Shown here: one piece after another, positions 12,700 to 25,553 of the stretch
Numbering within the stretch: the first letter of the stretch is position 1
How the letters are laid out: each line of letters opens with the position of its first letter
Source of the DNA: Octopus sinensis
Taxonomy: Eukaryota
Reading direction: 5' to 3'
DNA length: 37,610 bases
Assembly (NCBI RefSeq): GCF_006345805.1
Contig: NW_021828043.1
Location: 1-37,610, forward strand
Notes under the pieces: generated by a model
The model's database searches: none
What the model was told of the DNA's origin: nothing
Seen by the model: only the letters and a program-made list of their open reading frames with translations
Made by a program: the position numbers and the translations under genes

Positions 12700-13450
12700 T
12701 ATATTCACAAAGACGGTTAAGGTGGTTCTTGTGAGTTGGTCATTGTACCAATCAGATTTTGTTTAACCCATTTTGTTTCACTACTTTTGATAGTCCATAG
12801 CTTCAGTTTCTAATATTTCTATCTACGGTTATAGAGTTTCTCTTATAGAAGAGGAATATTACCAGTTTTTCTACAGGTTCTGTATTTGACGGCATAAAAG
12901 ACGCACAGGTGTATTAGATGTACCTCAGTTTCTTCAGTGCATATTCAGGAAAAAGGTTTTTAGTACATTAAAGCTTATGGGTGGCCCAACTTTGCATATA
13001 AGACCTGGGGTGATGGTAGCTTAATCATATTTCATCAGATATCATTGTATTGTTCCCAGTTAACACTTGTACTCTTATACAGATTTTTCCCTTGTCTTTT
13101 CAAAAACGATATCTTATTATTAATATGCGGTTTTCTCTACAAGAACTATTGAACTACTCCAGGGTATATATAGCACCATATTTTCAACTTCACATCTCCC
13201 AACTCTCGATTTGTGTTAAGTACAAATCTTTGCTTGCTTCATCCAAGTATTCTTTGGGTTCTAGTTCTTGAAATTGTTTATCCTAGCATCGTGTTGATCT
13301 GCTACTTTGACATTCATATCATTTAAAGTAATCAACTTATGACCTTTAACGACCTGCAGACACTTCAATTCAGGTTGTTAGCAGTTTCACACATAGCCCA
13401 AAGGTGTGTTTTGAGTGGCAATGTGCTGTTATTGTTCACAATCTATACAA
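12700..13450 (-). pseudogene. possible very old CR1-type LINE ORF2 (endonuclease/linker) remnant
   Basis: Broken minus-strand frames give LITLNDMN (cf. I.LGDFN), DLYLTQI, VEKTAY, VNWEQY and GNIP..KLYNRR in the order expected for CR1 ORF2; many stops and frameshifts. Confidence 0.3.
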
Positions 13451-14379
13451 ATCTAACCAATTCTTCTACATTTTCAAAACCAAATTTTCAATATCACCAT
13501 TAAAACTGATTGTAAAAGTGTAGATAAACATATTTTTAGAGAGCTCTCTCTTATTTTAGTGACTTTTATCTTATATATTTTATTATGTTACATTTAGTGA
13601 ACAATAGCGTCGTTGGTCACAGATTTCAGGTGGGTTAATCACTGGTTCACTATTTTTCTTATGATGACAATGACAATAGTTTAATTGTAAAACTTGGTGC
13701 CGGACAAATACTGCACAAGGTTATTTTTATTCAAAAGCACCAGTTTCTTAGTTTCCCATCAATGTTTGCATCCTTCACTAATATACATCAGTGACACTCA
13801 CAGTCAGACAGACACACACACACACACACGAATTCACTAAGAAACTTCTTTGATTTATCCCCACTGACTGAATTTTGAATCTAAAAATCTGCAGGTGCTG
13901 ACCATTATTTCTCTGGTGATGCACATTTAGCAAAATGGTTTTGTGCTTTTATTTAGCTTTTTCTTTTTAGCGTTGCCATCATAGCTTTCTCCCTCCTTTT
14001 CACTCAATCTGTGTCAATCTGGAAATGCTATAAATGATAAATTCTCCGGCCTGAAGAGGGTTTCGTTATCTAGTTCACTGCATACTTTCATTGAGTCTAA
14101 ATTTATGTTAAATATTATTAGAAACAAAGCTACTGATAACAGTTTTCCCTGGAATAAGCCAATTATCTAGAACCATTTTATCTTCCAGTCTTTAATCAAT
14201 ATGCTGACCATCAGCTCATCATTGTATCTATAAATGTATTTTAACAATTGCTTTGGGAAAAGGTAATGATTCAAAGCATTAGGAACTAGCAAATAGATTT
14301 CTTCCTCCTCTTCTACAATTATAAGATCTAACCAGACATTTGCTGCCTTTTTTTTCATTTCTCTGATTTGATTTGGCAT

Positions 14380-14405
14380 TATATATATATATATATAATA
14401 TATAT

Positions 14406-14458
<53 letters not shown>

Positions 14459-14473
14459 CATACATATATATAC

Positions 14474-14504
<31 letters not shown>

Positions 14505-14514
14505 ATATATATAT

Positions 14515-14548
<34 letters not shown>

Positions 14549-14930
14549 CACATACATATATATACATATATATATACAGATGTAATTCTATGAGGTCGAG
14601 AGGCATCCCTTATTGGCTGAATAAGGTGTTTTCTGAACTACTTCTCCACACATGTAATTAATATAACCTGTGCCCATATATATGTATGTAGTATGTATGT
14701 ATGTATGTATGTATGTACGTATGTATGTATGTATGTATGTATGTATGTATGCATGTATGTGTGTATGTATGTATGTATGTATGTATGTATGTATGTATGT
14801 ATGTATGCATGTATGTGTGTATGTATGTATGTGTGTATGTATGTATGTATGTATGTATGTATGTATGTACGTACGTATGCACGTGTGTGTGTGTGAGTGT
14901 GTGTGTATGTATGTATATGTATATACATAT
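14380..14930. repeat. (TA)n followed by (ATGT)n tetranucleotide array
   Basis: Direct reading; ATGT units run ~14685-14870. Confidence 0.95.
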
Positions 14931-15391
14931 GATTGCAAACTTACACAATATTCTACATTTATTTGCCATCATCACAGTCATATGTATATGTATGTGTGTG
15001 TGTCTATGTATATATTGTGTGTGTGTTTTTATACACATTTCTATATGATGTGTGTGTGTGTGTGTGTGTGTGTATGCATGTATCTATGAATGTAAACACG
15101 TACTTATTTCAATTTTTAATTAAATTATGAAGTGTAGTGCAGCACAAAGTGTTTTGTAAATTTATGCATATCATCATCTCGTCTCATTTACCAGTGAGAA
15201 CATAAATATTTTTTTCTCCACTGCTGATATTGTATAGATACCATATTGGCAACTGCATGATATGAGTAATATTTCAATAACTCTAAATAGACATGGTCAA
15301 ATTTGTAATTCACAGGTTAGCTTAGGCCAGCATTGGTAATTCTCACATATTAATTTGACTAAATGATTTATGTTTTCTTTACATACTCATG

Positions 15392-15431
<40 letters not shown>

Positions 15432-15628
15432 CATATACACGTATGTGTGGTATCAGATATATATGTTAGATATATATATATATTATATATATGTATGTAT
15501 ATATATATACACACATGCACACACACATACATACACACACACATATATAAATGAATAGAAAATGGAGATATATATCTATATATAAAGAATAGCTATAGGT
15601 CTGTATAACTGATTGTATATGTGTATAA

Positions 15629-15685
<57 letters not shown>

Positions 15686-16281
15686 TTTATATATACATAT
15701 GTATCTAAAAAGAGTGGATGTAGGTTCAATTGCTCGAATGTGTAGGCTCTTAAGAATCTATTTTTTCACCATAGCAACCAGTTGAACCACATCTGTGACT
15801 GGATGTGGCTAGATGGAAACTTTGTGGAAGCCTGTTGCATGGATCATGCCCATAATTCAAAGGCCCACCCTTGTTACTCAGAGTTTAATGTTAATTCTGC
15901 CCCAGGATTACATTAAGAGTATATCCGCCAGTGGAATACTGCGCCACATATAGTACAATTCAATGAGTTTACATTCAGGTGAATTGAACACCTGAGATTA
16001 CTCATCATTGAAAACCAATGGAAGATTTTTACTCAGATCTTCTGATGTCTGGATGTGTATGTGTCTGAGTATGTATATAATATAATATATATATATGATG
16101 TATTTTTTTACTTTTTAACTCCACATACCTGAAAAGCTACACATTTAAGATTGTATTAAGATAGTAAATAAGGAAGTATCTACTCAATACCTGTGTTAGT
16201 GTAATCAATATGTTAAAACATAAAACTTTATAGCTCTGAAACTTAAGTTTCATGTTAACCTCAAAGGTAACTTCTAGTTAG

Positions 16282-16347
<66 letters not shown>

Positions 16348-16410
16348 AGTCTGTCCATCCGTCCGTCCGTCCGTCCATCCCTCTCTGTCTGTCTGTCTCT
16401 CTCTCTATAT
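16282..16410. repeat. (CTAT)n-(CTGT)n-(CCGT)n tetranucleotide gradient
   Basis: Direct reading; stepwise single-base unit changes. Confidence 0.9.
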
Positions 16411-16416
16411 ATATAT

Positions 16417-16517
16417 AGACTATAGTAGAAGACACTTGCCCTAGGTGCCACGCAGTGGAACTGAACCTGGAACCATGTGGTTGGTAAGCAAGCTACTTAC
16501 TACACAGCCACTCCTGC
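16417..16517 (-). mobile_element. SINE family 1, head-only fragment
   Basis: Reverse complement begins GCAGGAGTGGCTGTGTAGTAAGTAGCTTGC with the B-box-like GGTTCAGTTCC. Confidence 0.85.
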
Positions 16518-16882
16518 ACCTATTTGTTAAATTAAATGATTATGCATATGTTAATGTATATTTAATATATACATGCTCACACATGACCCACATTAGACTC
16601 CTCAGTCATACTATTATTGAATTGGGAGTTTAACTACGGGCCTTCTGTAGCATTTACACAGCCTTACCTGCTATTTTGGGTCCATTGGATACCAAAACCT
16701 CTCATATATATATGAGGAGACCCCCCCACCCCACCTTCGGTCATGAATGACCATGGGATTACACCTAGAAAGTGCCTGGAGGCACAAGTCCAGGTAAGGT
16801 TGTTTGTAGAAGGCCAGCAGTCGCCCATGCCATATATATGCATGTATGTATGTATGTATGTATGTATGTATGTATGTATGTA

Positions 16883-17160
16883 TCATCATCATCATTGGTT
16901 AATGTCCACTTTCCATGTTAGCATGGGTTGGACGATTTGACTGAGGACTGGCTAACCAGATGGCTGCACCAGGCTCCAATCTGATCTGGCAGAGTTTTCT
17001 ACAGCTGAATGCCCTTCCTAATGCCAACCACTCTGAGAGTGTAGTGGGTGCTTTTGCGTGCCACTGGCATGAGATCCAGTCAGGCGGTACTGGCAACAGC
17101 CACACTCAAATGATGCTTTTTATGTGCCACCTGCACAGGAGCCAGTCCAGCGGCACTGGC
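16883..17160 (-). mobile_element. RTE-type 3' tail repeat
   Basis: (CAT)n-...tccactttccatgttagcatgggttggacg...gcccttcctaatgccaaccact, the same tail as 11171, 30701 and 35250. Confidence 0.85.
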
Positions 17161-17169
17161 AAAGCCTGT

Positions 17170-17497
17170 ATACCAGTCACATAGTTCTGGGTTCAGTCCC
17201 ACTGCATCTCACCTTGGCCAAGTGTCTTCTACTATAGCCTCAGGCCGACCAAAGCCTTGTGAGTAGATTTGGTAGACAGAAACATATGCATATGTTTGTG
17301 GGTCTGTCTTTGTCCACCCACCATCACTTAACATCCGATGTTGGTGTTTTTACATCCCCATAACTTAGGGGTTCGGCAAAAGAGACCGATAGAATAAGTC
17401 CTAGGTTTACAGAGAATAAATCCTGGGGTTGATTTGTTTGACAAAAGGTGGTGCTCCAGCATGGTCACAGTCAAATGGCTGAAACAAATAAATGAAT
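17170..17497 (+). mobile_element. SINE family 1, 5'-truncated and diverged
   Basis: gggttcagtcccactgc..accttggccaagtgtcttctactatagcctc ... ggtggtgctccagcatggtcacagtcaaatggctgaaac. Confidence 0.85.
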
Positions 17498-17665
17498 ATA
17501 TATATGCGTGTGCATGTATATATATATATATATATATACAAATTGAGATAGGGGTTGTAAATGCTAACCCTACAGTCTCTTATGTGGTGGTTTAATAAAG
17601 TATGTGATTGAGTATTATCTGGTAATTGATATTTGATTTAGATGTATTTCTCCATTTTCTTATCT

Positions 17666-17699
<34 letters not shown>

Positions 17700-19094
17700 T
17701 GTATACATACATATATACATATATATGTGTGTGTGTGTATATATGTGTTTTTATATACAAACAAATTAAGAGGAAAATACTGTTAAATTTTTCACATGCA
17801 AAAACGCACACAGTGCATACACACACACACACACACACATATATGCATTCACAAATATGTATTTGCGCTCACACACATACGCACACAAATGTGAACGTTG
17901 AGAAAACATCAAGCTCATTCTTTATGTTTTGATAGAAAATAACATCTACAATTGTTATATAAAAAAAATAAAAAAAACACGAATAACTTTAACTCGCATT
18001 TTCCAATTTTTATAGTATTTTATTTAAAAAAGCAAAACACAAAAAAAACTCAAACAATTTTCATTATCAAATTTGATTTATATCAGCATCATTATGAATA
18101 TTTGCACTGTTATCTTATTCATTGTATATAAAAAGGTATGGCAATGATTCTTTCTACATTTTCTTCTTCTTCTTCACACTTATTTGCATTATTATTTTAA
18201 TCTAAAAATATTAAAAATATATCTCTTTAATTTTGTTGTTTTTTTTTCCTTAAAAGCTAGCTAAAGACAGTTAACTTTATAAATTTCAGCTGCACTTAAG
18301 ATAGATCTTCTTATTTATTTAATTATTTATTATTATTGTTCATATATACATACATCTCTCTCATTCTCAATCTCTGTCTCTTTGTATGTGTGTGTGTGTG
18401 TGTTTACTTATTTATTTCTTATTTTTTTTTGCTCAAATACTTCCCGCTATCAATTCCAAAAAGCATCCATTTACTCTGTAACTTTTATTCAACGAAAATT
18501 GATTCCAAAGAAAATTTCTTTAAAAGCTAAGCTACATTACAGACTTGTATGTACCATCTGGAAGAGTAATTTCAGAAAATATCTTTATAAATTAATAATA
18601 AATATATAAATAAATAAACCAAATATGACAAAAGAAGAATATTTGAAATAAGAAGTTAATATATACAAAAACAATATTAACTCTTTGAATTGATTTTGTT
18701 ACCTTTTTTTATCAGTTTCTTTTATTTTTAACTATTTCTGTGTGTGTGTATAACAATTTTTCCTGTTTTGTGTGTGAAATATATAAAACAAAATACGTCT
18801 GCATGTGTATGTGGGTGTTAATTTAAAAAACAAATTCTGATCAATATTTTATGTTTTCAAAGAATTTTTATTTTCCTCTCCAGGAATGAAATTATAGTGA
18901 GAGAGAGAAAAAGAACGTGTGTATATCATAAAGAAAAATGTATATAAAACAAAAGATTTGTTTGTTAAAGGGAAGAAAATAATCAGTTAAATCAACCTCA
19001 GTGTATCACTGCTACTTATTTTACAAATCTTTTCCTATTCACACATTGGATAAAAAGTGAAAGACAAATCCAAGCTAAGTGTGGTTTGGACTCT

Positions 19095-19199
19095 CTACCT
19101 GCAAGGCAGCAAATGATTGAAGTATCTTCTCAGTACAACTCCCTCCATAATAATGGTATTTGCAACACACCATTCCTGGAAAATGGCATCTAATTCCTT
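19095..19199 (-). CDS. candidate terminal coding exon, product unidentified (KELDAIFQEWCVANTIIMEGVVLRRYFNHLLPCR*)
   Basis: Stop-free 34 codons in unique sequence after CTAAC...TTCTCAG (branch-like motif plus acceptor), ending in TAG. No recognisable homolog and no convincing upstream exon. Confidence 0.15.
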   Translation of the reverse strand, partial: KELDAIFQEWCVANTIIMEGVVLRRYFNHLLPCR

Positions 19200-20469
19200 C
19201 TGAGAATTTTTAACTGTAGTTAGATTTTGCAGGGGAAAAGAATATATTACACATGATGGTTGTTTATGTTCTTTTGAAATTAAGTTATTTGCATTTTTCG
19301 CGGTAACTATAGGACTTTCTAAAAATTGGGGTCACACAGAAATAGATTTGTTGATATGAGTTCTAATTGTAAAAAAAGTGAACGTTCTTTTCAGCAAAGT
19401 TGTTTTTACCAGTATGTGTAACATACCAGATTCAGTACAATCTGGAATACTTTACTTAAGTGTACAACATTGTGTCGATCCAGTAAAGGAGTATCCATGC
19501 AGTCACTTTATCTTCTGGAAATGGCAACCAAATATTCCTCAGAAAACAAGAACACATTCTATAATATAGGTCTGTGTACACTGTCTAGGGGAAAAGACAT
19601 AATGGTTACAACAGGGGTGTTTTTAAGAAAGGCCTGTGTTCAGAAGAACAAACATTTTGGGAAAAAATCCTAGAGATTATAGGATAATGTACTGAGTCAG
19701 TCTACAGCATGTACTCTAATAGCTCACTATTTTAAGTTAAAACTCCATTTGGGTCAATAAGTACCAACATTATACTGGGGGTTAATGCAACCAGATAAAA
19801 ATCGTTCTCAACAAAACAATTGCTCTTGTGCCTAGTCAAAAGAAATCAATATTCACAATTTCTCAAAAGGCTTCAATGCATTTTTTTTTCCAATTGATTT
19901 TTACTTATTTTGTTTTTGTTTTTAACATGTAACATATATTTTTTTTCATGTACATTATTATTATTTATATTTATGGCATCAGCAAAGAATCATCATAAAA
20001 TGGTGACATAGAAATAAAGTGAAAAAAATAAAAATAAAAAAAAAAGTTTGAAAAAAAATCTCAATAGAAACTATAAAAAAAATCAGTTTGAAAAATAGAA
20101 GTGACTGGATTACATAGATACTGGTATTAATAATCTGTCGACAGAAATGCAGTTTTATTTGCTTTCGATATTTTTGTTTTCCTGCAAGGAACTGGTAAAG
20201 TAGGTGATTCGTCAATTAAGGCAGTTGCTGCTCCACAACCAAATGGAAGACAGCAGTGTAATAGATGTAATTCAGTGGGAATAGTTTCTGAAGCATACAT
20301 CAGAGAATTTGTTTTACAACTGTGTATCAAGTGAAGCTGTGACTATGAAGATGGAAACTACTCAAGCACAGAATAGTGGCAGGTAGATGGAATGGGTGAG
20401 TTGGTTTTGCTAAATTATGGGGCAGGGGGTATTTTAAAATATCCAAAATGAAACTGCAATTCAAAAAAT

Positions 20470-20876
20470 TTTTACTCTTTTAATCTTTTACTTGTTTCAG
20501 TCATTTGACTGTGGCCATGCTGGAGCACCACCTTTAATCGAGCAAATCGACCCCGGGACTTATTCTTTTGTAAGCCCAGTACTTATTCTATCTGTCTCTT
20601 TTGCCGAATTGCTAAGTAACGGGGACATAAACACACCAGCATCGGTTGTCAAGCAATGCTAGGGGTACAAACACAGACACACAAACACACATGCATATAT
20701 ATATATATATACACGACGGACTTCTTTCAGTTTCCGTCTACCAAATCCACTCACAAGGCTTTGGTCGGCTCGAGACTATAGTAGAAGACACTTGCCCAAG
20801 GTGCCACGCAGTGGGACTGAACCTGGAACCATGTGGTTGGTAGACAAGCTACTTACCACACAGCCACTCCTACGCC
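20470..20876 (-). mobile_element. SINE family 1, full length
   Basis: Family 1 consensus from head to (TACTCTTT)n tail. Confidence 0.93.
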
Positions 20877-21134
20877 TGTTAAAGAAAAAAAAATTAAAAT
20901 GTAGGGAAAAAATGACAATAATTGTTTCAAATTTTGGCACATGGCCAGCAATTTCGTGGGAGGAGGTTGTTTAATTACATTAACCTCAGTACATGACTGG
21001 TACTTTATTTAGTCGACCATGAAAGGGTGGAAGAGGCAAAGTTAACCTCCAGTGATATTTGAATTCAGAACATAAAGAGCCAGAAGAAATAACTTTAAGG
21101 TTCTTGCTTAATATGTTAACAGCTTTTGCCAGTT

Positions 21135-21156
21135 CATCATCACCATCATCATCATC

Positions 21157-21243
<87 letters not shown>

Positions 21244-21262
21244 CCACCACCACCATCACCAC
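21135..21262. repeat. (CAT)n/(CAC)n trinucleotide repeat
   Basis: Direct reading; it produces the spurious poly-His ORF 21059-21292. Confidence 0.95.
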
Positions 21263-21620
21263 CTTCGTCATGTACTCTATACAACAGAATGAAACACTAA
21301 AATAACACCAGAAACAACAAACTAACCCCAATAAGGAAGCAAATTTGATTTAGTATTCAGACAAAGGTCTGCATTCTTAGAAGACAATTCTATGCTAGTT
21401 AGGAACATGGAAGTGCAGCAAGAATTTGCATAGAATTATGATGATGATGATGTTGGTGTTGATGAAAAACACCTATACGAAAGGTTGTATGCATAATGAA
21501 TTAAAATTATTATAATTCATGGAAGATTCATGAAAAATAAATAAATACATAAAAACTCCCTGAAAAATATAGTCGAATAAAGTCTTGTTATAAGAGAGGC
21601 TCCTAAGTAATGTGTATGTA

Positions 21621-21668
<48 letters not shown>

Positions 21669-23309
21669 AGAGAGAGAGAGAATCATCTAGATATACAAAT
21701 ACATGTAGATATACATATACACATATATAGACACCTGCACACATATGTTTGTATGTATATATGTATGTATGTGTGTGTGTGTGTGCATACATGTATGTAT
21801 GTATGTTCATGCATGGGTTTCTTTGTATATATGTGTTCATCTCTGAGCACTTGGCAACCAGCATTTAATTTGCTTATGTCTCTATGACTTAGCAGTCTGG
21901 CCAAAAGAGACCAATAAAATAAGCACCTGACATAAAAAAAAAAATTTTTTTTAAACTTATCAGGGATTGACTTGACTAACTAAGCAGTTCTCCTTTATGA
22001 CCAAAGTCCAGTGACCGAAACAAGAAGCAAAAGAAAGGAATAGTATTTCAGTTTGTAATTTCCACATTTTTCAAAAATAAAATTTATTATTCTTGTAGCC
22101 ACCCCACCCACACCCCCACACCACCTAACTCTCGCAGCATTTCAATGTGTGCTGTGGTACATGGCTCAGGAAGCGTTGCTCTGGCATTTCAGAAAATCTC
22201 TATTTTCTCTTAATCAAACTTCAATAAAATAACATTTGCTTTCCTTCCCCTCCTTCCACACCACAAGTCTTGGAGTCTTTGAATGCAATACTGAAACAAA
22301 GCTGACCAAGGCAAGTGTAATTCTACTCTGAACAATGATGTTCATCAGATATTCAGCTGTGGTAGTTTGCCAAAAATAAATAAATATATACACACACACA
22401 CACATGTATGTATACATACACACACATTTGTGTGTACGTACATATACACACACACACACACGCACATACATATGTGTGTACATGCCTGTATAGGAACAAA
22501 CAGAAACTGCAATGTCTGACTGAGGTTATCTTTAACAAGACAAACCATTCTGAGAAGAGAAGAACTCTGCCTATAATTATCTTGCACGCCAATAAATAAA
22601 AAGAGAAAACAAAAAAGTAAAACAAAAAGTCAACAAAACAGGAAAAAAAAAAAACCTAGCAAAGTCTAGCAAGATTATTCAATTGCAATGGAATGGTATC
22701 CAGAGGACTGTACTGGCGCTAAACTATCAATAGCTGTGCTATCGACATATTTCAAGCATTCTGGCTAAACAGCATTGCCGGTGGATTTACTATATGCAGC
22801 ACAACAGTTGTGGGTTGTGGATTAGCTTTTTATTGCAGTGACAATTTATCATTGCTTAATCTTTTAATCTCCTTTGATGTGGGGGATAGATTTATATATA
22901 ATATATGTTGATGTACTTTGTGTGTGTGTGTTCCTTGACAGATGTATGTGTGTGTGTATAGATATATACTCACACACGAACACACACATATATACTTGTA
23001 TATATACATATACATACACACATATATTTCTGGTTTTAGACATTGGGCTGTGACCATGCTGGAGCTATGACTTCTTGAGAATAGCCAATGACATCAAACC
23101 CAGTAATTCTTTTATTAAGGGCTACTTTTATTTTTTTATTGACTTTATGAGACCGAAGAATGGTCATAGTGAGGAATTGAACATAGAACAAGAAGTATTC
23201 CCAAATACTGCAACACTTGCTGATCTACCAATTTTGTAGTCAACCCATGAGCATACATACATACATACATACATAGATACATACATACATACATATATAT
23301 ATATATAAA

Positions 23310-23519
23310 GTTAATCCAAACATGAAAACACAAAGAGAAAACACAACAACGCGAGGACATAGAACAAATATAGTATTATTGGACGCTCAGGAAGGAAGGG
23401 AAGAAGGAGGGTTTAACGTTTCGAGCGGAGCTCTTCGTCAGAAACATAAGAAAAGGAAAGATCCAGAGAAGGGAAGATGGAGGAAAAAAAATCGCCAACG
23501 GTACACACGCGGTCACATT
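23310..23519 (-). mobile_element. Penelope-like short repeat, family A
   Basis: Second copy of 3791-3996; 3' end abuts (TA)n; contains an intact hammerhead core. Confidence 0.75.
23411..23445 (-). ncRNA. minimal type I hammerhead ribozyme motif
   Basis: RNA GUUU-CUGACGA-A-GAGC-UCC-GCUC-GAAAC-GUU-AAAC: helix I GUUU/AAAC, helix II GAGC/GCUC, palindromic helix III ACGU. Predicted cleavage after GUU (between 23415 and 23414). Confidence 0.65.
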
Positions 23520-23764
23520 TTGAATATATATATGTATACACATACACACACACAACCCAACTCTGCAAACAAACATGCACATACACATGCAGATGCATGA
23601 ACATATGTATGTAGAGACATGGCCTGTAAGGTTAAGAAGTTCACTTTGCAATTATATGGTTCTAAGTTCAATCCCACAACACAGTGGTCAAATGTATGTG
23701 TGTGCATCTGTGGTGTAATTTAGCATGAGTTTAAGTGTGTGTGTGTGTGCATGTGTTTTTATTA

Positions 23765-24132
23765 TTTTTTTATTTTATTTTATTTTATCTAGTTTCAGCT
23801 CACGAGCTGTGGCCATGCTGGGGCACCGCCATTTGGTGTTGCTACATGATTTTACTTCACAAATGCTTTTTAGCAATTGCCATTTGATGCATGAGAGAGT
23901 TCGATGCAGCTGCCCTCATCTGCACCTCCTGTCGTGAAGTTGGTTCATCCGGGACACCTGACAGGAAGAGATCCAGTTTTATTTTAAAGACATCTGCATC
24001 CACCCCATGCAGGTCTCTTAGGTTTTTCAGGAGGATATTGAAGAGCTGTGGGCCTCTAAAGCCCAAGCTATCACAGTATCTTGTCCTACATCTTGATGGC
24101 AAATCTGGAGTCTTTGGCACTATGCAGTGTGT
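23765..24132 (-). mobile_element. CR1-type LINE 3' end (ORF2 C-terminus, 3' UTR and (ATAAA)n tail)
   Basis: ORF 23857-24246 contains HCIVPK..SLGFRGPQLFNIL.K.LRDL..FKIKLDLFLSGVPDEP..RAAASNSL.HQ, the RGP.LFN.LP / FK..LD.FL..VPD.P / SNSL pattern typical of invertebrate CR1-group ORF2 ends. A short UTR and simple-repeat tail follow. Confidence 0.85.
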
Positions 24133-24557
24133 GTAATTTTTGTATGAGTTTATGACTGCAATGGCCTGAAGACTAGTGTAATTTATGCTGGGCCCTTTAT
24201 GTTGTCTAACGTTACAGTTCGACAAAGAGGGTTGGATAAAATACATACATGAGTGGATTCAATCATCTCCACTGATCCAGGATAACATGGTATGTTCATT
24301 GTGGATCGTGTTACACTTATCACAAATTGATCTGTGATAGCGTACGTTGGCAATCAGTCAAAGTGTTTGCCTGGACCACAAAAGCATACCCCACTGACCA
24401 TCCACGACATTCAGAACAACTTGGTGTCTCATTAGAAAACCTATTTTTCCCTTTATGTCCTATTATTCATTTATGACTGATTCATTTAACATGGTATCTT
24501 TAGAGCAAACACCTGTGATTAATAAAGATAGACGTGTGTGTGTGCATCAAATATATA

Positions 24558-24788
24558 TATTTCTTTACTACCCACAAGGGGCTAAAACATAGAGGGGACA
24601 AACAAGGACAGACAAAGGGATCAAGTCGATTACATCGACCCCAGAACGTAACTGGTACTTATTTTATCGACCCCGAAAGGATGAAAGGCAAAGTCGACCT
24701 TGGCGGAATTTGAACCCAGAACACGTAACGGCAGACGAAATACAGCTACGCATTTCGCTCGGCGTGCTAACGATTCTGCCAGCTCGCC
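24558..24788 (-). mobile_element. SINE family 2, full length, young copy
   Basis: Reverse complement: GGCGAGCTGGCAGAATCGTTAGCACGCC...GGGTTCAAATTCCGCC.AGGTCGACTTTGCCTTTCATCCTTTCGGGGTCGATAAAATAAGTACCAG...CCCCTTGTGGGTAGTAAAGAA. Confidence 0.9.
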
Positions 24789-25098
24789 ACATCAAATATA
24801 TATACATAGATGTAGACATAATGGGGAATTACAACCGTGTTTCATGGTCTGCTACCACAACAGCTCCTTTATAGGATCCAGTTAGCTCAAGACATCATCA
24901 GGAGGAACCATGTCCGGTTTCGGTCCCTACTCCTCTACCATTTTGACGTGGCGGGGCCCCCCCTTTCGGAGGTGTCTTCAGCTCTGGTGTTGGGTGCATG
25001 TCTTCTTTCTTCTGTTCCCTGGCCTCTTCAATGTATCATCAGCGAGTGTCAGCCAGTGACTGACTGACTTGTCAAATTTATATATACATTATATATAC

Positions 25099-25189
25099 AT
25101 AAGTCCCGGGGTCGATTTGCTCGACAAAAGGCGGTGCTCCAGCATGGCCGCAGTCAAATGACTGAAACAAGTAAAAGAGTAAAAGAGTA
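25099..25189 (+). mobile_element. SINE family 1, 3' fragment
   Basis: aagtcccggggtcgatttgctcgac..ggcggtgctccagcatggccgcagtcaaatgactgaaacaagtaaaagagtaaaagagta. Confidence 0.9.
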
Positions 25190-25516
25190 GGAATTAATAT
25201 ATACACACAGACCTTCACACATATTACATCTATATATAGATACATATAATATTTCTTAAAATTCGGTGCTTTGTGTCCATAATCTTATTTTAGAATTCTT
25301 CTATTATTTCCTTATTTCTGTGTTTATTTATACAGCTGATTCTTTCTTTTAATTATTTTGGTTTGTTTCTTTGTCTTCCTTTTCTTTTGTTCCTCTAATT
25401 TTAATTTCGGTTATGGTCCACCACATGCGATTCCGTTGTAAAACACTCCAAGCATTGCATGTCTGTGTGCTTGCACATTCACATGCGTTTGTGGATAGAC
25501 AGAAATTTTGCAAGGA

Positions 25517-25553
<37 letters not shown>

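Noticed and set aside
21059-21292. Poly-Ser/Pro/His ORF resembling a transcription-factor low-complexity region
   Set aside because: It is made of a decayed SINE family 2 end plus a (CAT)n tract, with no splice or domain support.
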